A stretch of DNA of 64,000 bases from the human T2T-CHM13v2.0 reference genome, Homo sapiens: assembly GCF_009914755.1 (NCBI RefSeq), contig NC_060933.1; one strand, written 5' to 3'. The translations under genes and the position numbers were made by a program. Below, piece after piece: positions 54,801 to 64,000 of the stretch. Under the pieces are notes generated by a model. The model searched no databases. It was not told the DNA's origin and was given only the letters and a program-made list of their open reading frames with translations. How positions within the stretch are numbered: position 1 is the first letter of the stretch; every line of letters starts with the position of its first letter.

Positions 54801-57800
54801 CATTCCATTCCATTACAATCGAGTTGATTCCATTCCATTCCATTCCATTCCATTCCAGTCCTTTCCATTCCATTCCACTCGGGTTGATTCCATTCTATTA
54901 GTTTCCATTCCATTCCATTCCCTTCCATTCCACTCTGGTTGATTCCATTCCTTTCCATTCCACTCGAATACATTCCTTCCTATTCCACTCGGAACGATTC
55001 CATTCCATTCCATTCCATTCCATTCCATTCCATTCCATTTCGTTCCATTCCATTCTATTCCGTATCATTCCATTCCATTCCATTCCATTCCATTCCACTC
55101 GTGTTGATTCCATTCCTTTCCATTCCATTCGGTTTGAAGGCATTCCATTCCATTCCATTCCATTCCATTCCATTCCATTCCATTCCATTGTACTCGGATT
55201 GATTCCATTCCATTGCATTCCATTCCATTCCATTCCATTCCATTCCATTCCATTCCATTCCGTTGCATTCCATTCCATTACATTCGGATTGATTCTATTC
55301 AACTCCCTTACTCTCCATTACATTCCATTCCATTCGGGTTGTTCCATTCCATTCCATTCCATTCCACTCCATTCCATTGCACTCGGGTTGATTCCATTCC
55401 ATTCCATTCCATTCCATTCCATTCCATTCCATTCCATTCCGGATGATTCCATTCCATTGCATTCCGTTCCATTACATTCCCCTGCAATCAGGTTGATTCC
55501 ATTCCATTCCATTCCACTCCATTCGGTTCCGTTCCATTCCATTCTATTGCATTCCTTTCTATTCGGGTTAATTCCTTCCATTCTATTCCATTTCATTCCA
55601 TTCCATTCCATTGCAATGGAGTTGATTCCATTCCATTCCATTCCATTCCGGATGATTCCATTCCATTGCATTCCATTCCATTCCATTCCCCTGCACTCGT
55701 GTTGATTCCATTCCCTTCCATTCCATTCCATTCCGTTCCATTCCATTGCATTCCATTCTATTCCGGCTAATTCCATTCCATTCCATTCCATTCCATTCCA
55801 TTCCATTCCATTCCATTCCATTCCATTCCATGGCAATCGAGTTGATTCCATTCCATTCCTTTCCATTCCATTCCATTGCCTTGCATTCCAATCGGGTGGA
55901 TTCCATTCTCTTCTTTCCACTCCATTACATTCCCTTCCATTCCACTCGGAATGATTGATTCCATTCCATTCCATTCCATTTCATTCCATTGCAATCCATT
56001 CCAATCCATTCCATTCCATTCCACTCGAGTTGATTTCATTCCATTCCTTTCCATTCCATTCCATTCCTTTCCACTCGAGTTGATTCCATTCCATTCCATT
56101 CCATTCCATTCCATTCCGTTGCATTCCATTCCATTACATTCGGATTGATTCTATTCAACTCCTTTACTCTCCATTACATTCCATTCCATTCGGGTTCTTC
56201 CTTTCCATTCCATTCCATTACACTCCATTCCATTGCACTCGGGTTGACTCCATTCCATTCCATTCCATTCCATTCCGGATGATTCCATTCCATTGCATTC
56301 CGTTCCATTACATTCCCCTGCACTCGCGTTGATTCCATTCCATTCCATTCCATTCCATTCAATTCCATTCCATTACAATTCGTTCCATTCCATTCTATTC
56401 CGTACCATTCCATTCCGTTCCATACCATTCGATTCCATTCCATTCCATTCCATTCCATTCCGTTCCATTCCGTTCCATTCCATTCCATTCCATTCTATTT
56501 GGGTTAATTCCATTCCATTCCATTCCATTCCATTCTATTGCATTCCATTGCAATCGAGTTGAATCGATTGCATTTCATTGCATTCCATTCTATTCCATTC
56601 CATTCCATTCCGGAAGATTCCATTCCATTGCATTCCATTCCATTCCATTCCCCTGCACTCGCGTTGATTCCATTCCATTCCATTCCATTCCATTCCATTC
56701 CATTCCGTTCCGTTCCGTTCCGTTCCGTTCCATTCCATTCCATTCCATTCCATTGCATTCCGTTCCGTTCCATTCCATTCCATTCCATTCTATTCGGGTT
56801 AATTCCATTCCATTCCATTCGATTGCAATCGTGTTGATTCCATTCCATTCCATTCCATTCCATTCCATTCCATTCCATTCCTTTCCATTCCATTACGGAT
56901 GATTCCATTCCATTGCATTCCATTCCATTCCATTCCCCTGTACTCGGGTTGATTCCATTCCATTGCATTCCAATCCATGCCCTTCCACTCGTGTTGATTC
57001 CATTCTTTCCATTCCATTCAAGTTGAATCCATTCCATTGCATTCCATTCCATTCGATTCCATTCGATTGCACTCGGGTTGATTCCATTCCATTGCATTCC
57101 ATTCCATTCCATTCCATTCCATTCCATTCCATTCCGTTCCATTCCATTCCATTACATTCGGATTGATTCTATTCAATTCCCTTACCCTCCATTCCATTCC
57201 ATTCCATTCGGGTAGTTTCCATTCCATTCCATTCCATTCCTCTCCATTCCATTGCACTCGGGTTGATTCCATTCCATTGCATTCCATTCCATTCCATTCA
57301 AATCCATTCCGTTCCATTCCATTCCATTACATTCGGATTGCTTCTATTCATCTCCCTTAGTCTCCATTACATTCCATTCCATTCGGGTTGTTCCATTCCA
57401 TTCCATTCCATTCCACTCCATTCCATTGCACTCGGGTTGATTCCATTCCATTCCATTCCATTCCATTCCATTCCATTCCATTCCATTCCGGAAGATTCCA
57501 TTCCATTGCATTCCATTCCATTCCATTCCCCTGCACTCGCGTTGATTCCATTCCATTCCATTCCATTCCATTCCATTCCTTTCTGTTCCATTCCATTCCA
57601 ATCCATTCCATTCCATTCCGTTCCGTTACGTTCCATTCCATTCCATTCCATTCTATTCTGGTTAATTCCATTCCATTCCATTCGATTGCAATAGAGTTGA
57701 TTCCATTCCATTCCATTCCATTCCATTCCATTCCATTCCATTCCATTCCTTTCCATTCCATTACGGATGATTCCATTCCATTGCATTCCATTCCATTCCA

Positions 57801-60800
57801 TTCCCCTGTACTCGGGTTGATTCCATTGCATTCCATTCCAATCCATGCCATTCCACTCGTGTTGATTCCATTCTTTCCATTCCATTCAAGTTGAATCCAT
57901 TCCATTGCATTCCCTTCCATTCCATTCCCCTGTAGTCGGGTTGATTCCATTCCATTCCATTCCATTCCATTCCATTCCATTCCATTCCATTCCATTACAT
58001 TCCATTCCGTTCCGTTCCATTCCATTCCATTCCTTTCTATTCGGGTTAATTCCATTCCATTCCATTCCATTCCATTCCATTCCATTCCATTCCAATCGAG
58101 TTGATTCCATTCCATTCCAATCCATTCCATTCCATTCCATTCCATTCCACTCCATTCCAGTCCATTCCATTCCATTCCACTCGGGTTGTTTCCAATGTAT
58201 TCCTTTCCATTCCATTCCATTCCATTGCAATCGAGTTGATTCCATTGCTTTGCATTCGATTCCATTCCATTCCATTCCGGATGATTCCATTTCATTGCAT
58301 TCCATTCCATTCCATTCCCCTGCACTCGGGTTGATTCCATTCCATTCCACTCCATTCCGTTCCATTGCATTCCATTCCATTGTATTCGGGTTATTTCCAT
58401 TGCATTCCATTCCATTGTATTCGGGTTAATTCCATTCCATTCCATTCCGTTCCATTCCATTACAATCGAGTTGATTCCATTGCATTCCATTCCATTCCAG
58501 TCCTTTCCATTCCATTCCACTCGGGTTGATTCCATTCTATTAGTTTCCATTCCATTCCATTCCCTTCCATTCCACTCTGGTTGATTCCATTCCTTTGCAT
58601 TCCACTCGAATACATTCCCTCCTATTCCACTCAGAACGATTCCATTCCATTCCATTCCATTCCATTCCATTCCATTCCATTCCATTCCATTCCATTTCGT
58701 TCCATTCCATTCTGTTCCGTATCATTCCATTCCATTCCATTCCATTCCATTCCATTCCATTCCATTCCATTCCATTCCATTGTACTCGGGTTGGTTCCAT
58801 TCCATTGCATTCCATTCCATTCCATTCCATTCCATTCCATTCCGTTGCATTCCATTCCATTACATTCGGATTGATTCTATTCAACTCCCTTACTCTCCAT
58901 TACATTCCATTCCATTCGGGTTGTTCCATTCCATTCCATTCCATTCCACTCCATTCCATTGCACTCGGGTTGTTTCCATTCCATTCCATTCCATTCCATT
59001 CCATTCCATTCCATTCCATTCCGGATGATTCCATTCCATTACATTCCGTTCCATTACATTCCCCTGCACTCGCGTTGATTCCATTCCATTCCATTCCATT
59101 CCATTCAATTCCATTCCATTACAATTCGTTCCATTCCATTCTATTCCGTACCATTCCATTCCATTGCATACCATTCCATTCCATTCCATTCCATTCCGTT
59201 CCATTCCGTTCCATTCCATTCAATTCCATTCTATTCGGATTAATTCCATTCCATTACATTCCATTCCATTCTATTCCATTCCATTGCAATCGAGTTGAAT
59301 CCATTGGATTTCATTCCATTCCATTCCATTCCATTCCATTCCGGAAGATTCCATTCCATTGCATTCCATTCCATTCACCTGCACTCGCGTTGATTCCATT
59401 CCATTCCATTCCATTCCATTCCGTTCCGTTCCATTCCATTCCATTCCATTCCATTCTTTTCGGGTTAATTGCATTCCATTCCATTCGATTGCAATCGAGT
59501 TGATTCCATTCCATTCCATTCCATTCCATTCCATTCCATTCCATTCCTTTCCATTCCATTACGGATGATTCCATTCCATTGCATTCCGTTCCATTCCATT
59601 CCCCTGTACCCGGGTTGATTCCATTCCATTCCATTCCAATCCATGCCATTCCACTCGTGTTGATTTCATTCTTTCCATTCCATTCAAGTTGATTCCATTC
59701 CATTGCATTCCATTCCATTCGATTCCATTCGATTGCACTCGGGTTGATTCCATTCCATTGCATTCCATTCCATTCCTTTCGATTCCATTCCATTCCATTC
59801 CGTTCCATTCCATTCCATTACATTCGGATTGATTCTATTCAATTCCCTTACACTCCATTACATTCCATTCCATTCGGGTAGTTTCCATTCCATTCCATTC
59901 CATTCCTCTCCATTCCATTGCACTCGGGTTGATTCCATTCCATTGCATTCCATTCCATTCCATTCAATTCTATTCCGTTCCATTCCATTCCATTACATTC
60001 GGATTGATTCTATTCAACTCCCTTACTCTCCATTACATTCCATTCCATTCGGGTTGTTCCATTCCATTCCATTCCATTCCACTCCATTCCATTGGACTCG
60101 GGTTGATTCCATTCCATTCCATTCCATTCCATTCCATTCCATTCCGGAAGATTCCATTCGATTGCATTCCATTCCATTCCATTCCCCTGCACTCGCGTTG
60201 ATTCCATTCCTTTCCATTCCATTCCATTCCATTCCATTCCATTGCATTCCCATCCGTTCCGTTCCATTCCATTCCATTCCATTCCGTTCCGTTCCATTCC
60301 ATTCCATTCCATTCCATTCCATTCTATTCGGGTTAATTCCATTCCATTCCATTCAATTGCAATCGAGTTGATTCCATTCCATTCCATTCCATTCCATTCC
60401 ATTCCATTCCTTTCCATTACATTACGGATGATTCCATTCCATTGCATTCCATTCCATTCCATTCCCCTGTACTCGGGTTGATTCCATTCCATTCCATTCC
60501 AATCCATGCCATTCCACTCGTGTTGATTCCATTCTTTCCATTCCATTCAAGTTGAATCCATTCCATTGCATTCCATTCCATTCGATTCCATTCGATTGCA
60601 CTCGGGTTGATTCCATGGCATTGCATTCCATTCCATTCCATTCCATTCCATTCCATTCCATTCCTTTCCATTCCATTCCATTCCATTCCATTCGGATTCA
60701 TTCTATTCAATTCCCTTACACTCCATTCCATTCCATTCCATTCGTGTACTTTCCATTCCATTCCATTCCATTCCTCTCCATTCCATTGCACTCGGGTTGA

Positions 60801-63463
60801 TTCCATTCCATTCCATTCCATTCCATTCCATTCCATTCCATTCCATTCCATTCCGGATGATTCCATTCCATTGAATTCCATTCCATTCCGTTCCCCTGCA
60901 CTTGGGTTGATTCCATTCCATTCCTTTCTGTTCCATTCCATTCCATTCCATTCCATTCTATTCGTGTTAATTCCGTTCCATTCTATTCCATTCCATTCCA
61001 TTGAAATCGAGTTGATTCCATTCCATTCAATTCCATTCCATTCCATTCCATTCCATTCCTTTCCGGATGATTCCATTCCATTGCATTCCATTCCATTCCA
61101 TTCCCCTGCGCTCGGGTTGATTCCATTCCATTCCATTCCATACCATTCCATTCCATTGCATTCCATTCCATTCCGTTCCATTCCGTTCCATTCCATTCCA
61201 TTCCATTCTATTCGAATTAATTCCATTCCATTCCATTCCATTCCATTCTATTCCATTCCATTGCAATCGAGTTCAATCCATTGCATTTCATTCCATTCCA
61301 TTCCATTCCATTCCATTCCGGAAGATTCCATTCCATTGCATTCCATTCCATTCCATTCCCCTGCACTCGCGTTGATTCCATTCCATTCCATTCCTTTCCA
61401 TTCCATTCCATTCCGTTCTGTTCCATTCCATTCCATTCCATTCCATTCCATTCCGTTCCGTTCCATTCCATTCCATTCCATTCTATTAGGGTTAATTCCA
61501 TTCCATTCCATTCGATTGCAATCGAGTTGATTCCATTCCATTCCATTCCATTCCATTCCATTCCATTCCATTCCTTTCCTTTCCATTACGGATGTTTCCA
61601 TTCCATTGCATTCCGTTCCATTCCATTCCCCTGTACTCGGGTTGATTCCATTCCATTCCATTCCAATCCATGCCATTCCACTCGTGTTGATTCCATTCTT
61701 TCCATTCCATTCAAGTTGAATCCGTTCCATTGCATTCCATTCCATTCGATTCCATTCGATTGCGCTCGGGTTGATTCCATTCCATTGCATTCCATTCCAT
61801 TCCATTCCATTCCATTCCATTCCATTCCATTCCGTTCCATTCCATTCCATTACGTTCGGATTGATTCTATTCAATTCCCTTACACTCCATTACATTCCAT
61901 TCCATTCTGGTAGTTTCCATTCCATTCCATTCCATTCCTCTCCATTCCATTGCACTCGGGTTGATTCCATTCCATTGCATTCCATTCCATTCCATTCAAT
62001 TCCATTCCGTTCCATTCCATTCCATTATATTCGGATTGATTCTATTCAACTCCCTTACTCTCCATTTCATTCCATTCCATTCGGGTTGTTCCATTCCATT
62101 CCATTCCATTCCACTCCATTCCATTGCACTCGGGTTGATTCCATTCCATTCCATTCCATTCCGGAAGATTCCATTCCATTGCATTCCATTCCATTCCATT
62201 CCCCTGCACTCGCGTTGATTCCATTCCATTCCATTCTATTCCATTCCATTCCCTTCCTTTCCGTTCCATTCCATTCCATTCCATTCCATTCCATTCCATT
62301 CCGTTCCATTCCATTCCATTCCATTCTATTCGGATTAATTCCATTCCATTCCATTCGATTGCATTCGAGTTGATTCCATTCCATTCCATTCCATTCCATT
62401 CCATTCCATTCCTTTCCATTGCATTACGGATGATTCCATTCCATTGCATTCCATTCCATTCCATTCCCCTATACTCGGGTTGATTCCATTCAATTCCATT
62501 CCAATCCATGCCACTCCACTCGTGTTGATTCCGTTCTTTCCATTCCATTCAAGTTGAATCCATTCCATTGCATTCCATTCCATTCGATTCCATTCGATTG
62601 CAGTCGGGTTGATTCCATTCCATTGCATTCCATTCCATTCCATTCCATTCCATTCCATTCCATTCCATTCCGTTCCATTCCATTTCATTACATTCAGATT
62701 GATTCTATTCAATTCCCTTACACTCCATTATATTCCAATCCATTCTGGTTGTCTCCATTCCATTCCATTCCATTTCACTCCATTCCATTGCACTCAGGTT
62801 GATTCCATTCCATTCCATTCCATTGCATTCTATTCCATTCCATTCCGGATGATTCCATTCCATTGCATTCCATTCCATTCCATTCCCCTGCACTCGGGTT
62901 GATTCCATTCCATTCCATTACATTGCATTCCGTTCCATTCCATTCCATTCCATTCGGATTGATTCTGTTTAATTCCCTTACACTCCATTACATTCCATTC
63001 CATTCGGGTAGTTTCCATTCCATTCCATTCCATTCCTCTCCATTCCATTGCACTCGGGTTGATTCCATTCCATTCCATTCCATTCCATTACATTACATTC
63101 CATTCCGTTCCATTGTACTCGGGTTGATTCCATTCCATTGCATTCAATTCCATTCCATTCCATTCTATTTCATTCCATTCCGTTCCATTGCATTACATTC
63201 GGATTGATTCTATTCAACTCCCTTACTCTCCATTACATTCCATTCCATTCGGGTTGTTCCATTCCATTCCATTCCATTCCACTCCATTCCATTGCGCTCG
63301 GGTTGATTCCATTCCATTCCATTCCATTCCATTCCATTCCATTCCATTCCATTCCGGATGATTCCATTCCATTGCATTCCGTTCCATTACATTCCCCTGC
63401 ACTCGGGTTGATTCCATTCCATTCCATTCCATTCCATTCCATTCCATTCCATTCCATTCCATT

Positions 63464-64000
63464 GTACTCGGGTTGATTCCATTCCATTGCATTCCATTCC
63501 ATTCCATTCCATTCCATTCCGTTGCATTCCTTTCCATTACATTCGGATTGACTCTATTCAACACCCTTACTCTCCATTACATTCCATTTCATTCGGGTTG
63601 TTCCATTCCATTCCATTCCATTCCACTCCATTCCATTGCACTCGGGTTGATTCCATTCCATTCCATTCCATTCCTTTCCATTCCATTCCATTCCTTTCCA
63701 TTACATTACGGATGATTCCATTCCATTGCATTCCATTCCATTCCATTCACCTGTACTCGGGTTGATTCCATTCCATTCCATTCCATTCCATGCCATTCCA
63801 CTCGTGTTGATTCCATTCTTTCCATTCCATTCAATTTGAATAAATTCCATTGCATTCCATTCCATTCGATTCCATTCGATGGCAATCGGGTTGATTCCAT
63901 TCCATTGCATTCCATTCCATTCCATTCCATTCCATTCCGTTCCATTCCATTCCATTACATTCGGATTGATTCTATTCAATTCCCTTACACTCCATTACAT
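63464..64000 (+). repeat. Apparently identical copy of 35861-36397 (offset 27,603 bp), running off the window end
   Basis: Base-by-base reading shows the same rare variants (GATTGACTCTATTCAACACCC, CATTCACCTG, TCAATTTGAATAAATT, CGATGGCAATCGGG) and the same pentamer counts. The ORF track gives identical peptides at this offset (35884/63487 and 36098/63701). Confidence 0.92.

Larger units (their letters stand above)
1..64000 (+). repeat. Human Satellite III (HSat3, GAATG/CATTC family) tandem array, C-rich strand on +; probably the chr9q12 HSat3B5 subfamily
   Basis: Continuous ATTCC pentamers from end to end, interrupted every few tens of bases by ACTCGGGTTG, ATTCGGGTTG, AATCGAGTTG or ACTCGCGTTG decamers. 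This is the classical Satellite 3 signature (CAACCCGA(G/A)T on the G-rich strand). It lacks the dense CATTCGATTC/GATGATTC pattern of HSat2 and is far less degenerate than Y-chromosome DYZ1. The family call is near certain; the chromosome call is less so. Confidence 0.98.

Noticed and set aside
57357-58685. Longest ORF (442 aa, - strand) and all other MEWNG/IPFHS ORFs
   Set aside because: A 5-bp repeat with no stop codon reads open in all frames and supplies ATG every 5 bp on the - strand. The ORFs overlap in several frames, have no domain content, and end wherever a variant creates a stop. Repeat-associated translation cannot be excluded, but nothing in the sequence supports it.
36524-60878. 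Three EcoRI sites (36524, 45540, 60873) as a restriction periodicity
   Set aside because: Spacing is uneven; they mark copies of one variant module.
1-64000. CRISPR-like repeat/spacer reading of the recurring decamers
   Set aside because: The intervening sequence is ATTCC repeat, not unique spacers. Spacing is irregular and there are no cas genes or leader.
1-64000. Strand inversion or inserted Alu/L1/other element
   Set aside because: Looked for and not seen: no (GGAAT)n run on +, no poly-A tail and no non-satellite island. A very short insert could have been missed by eye.
1-64000. Assignment to DYZ1 (Yq12, ~3.5-kb unit) or HSat2
   Set aside because: The ~3.48-kb offset at 11-17 kb is local only. 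The long perfect ATTCC runs with CTCGGGTTG decamers do not fit DYZ1 or HSat2.

Overview
The whole 64 kb is one uninterrupted classical Satellite III (HSat3) array. It is (ATTCC)n on the + strand and (GGAAT)n on the - strand, punctuated by the A(C/T)TCGGGTTG decamer and its derivatives. I saw no strand switch, transposon, RNA gene or unique sequence. A recurring ~155-bp block matches my recollection of the chromosome 9 SatIII clone pHuR98, so human 9q12 heterochromatin (HSat3B5) is the best assignment, pending alignment. Every ORF in the track is an artefact of a stop-free pentamer (IPFHS/MEWNG), so no CDS is called. The real structure is non-coding: (1) a small set of diagnostic modules joined in a consistent, branching order; (2) nested tandem and dispersed duplications from 44 bp to several kb, including a 2.6-kb triplet and an apparently exact copy at 27,603-bp offset; (3) about 40 perfect three-unit heat-shock elements made by a one-base variant (GGATG versus GGAAG) and unevenly clustered; (4) a recurrent 14-bp palindrome; and (5) a small hairpin that is precisely deleted in one copy. 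All coordinates and counts were read by eye. I found no evidence of a novel protein-coding system.
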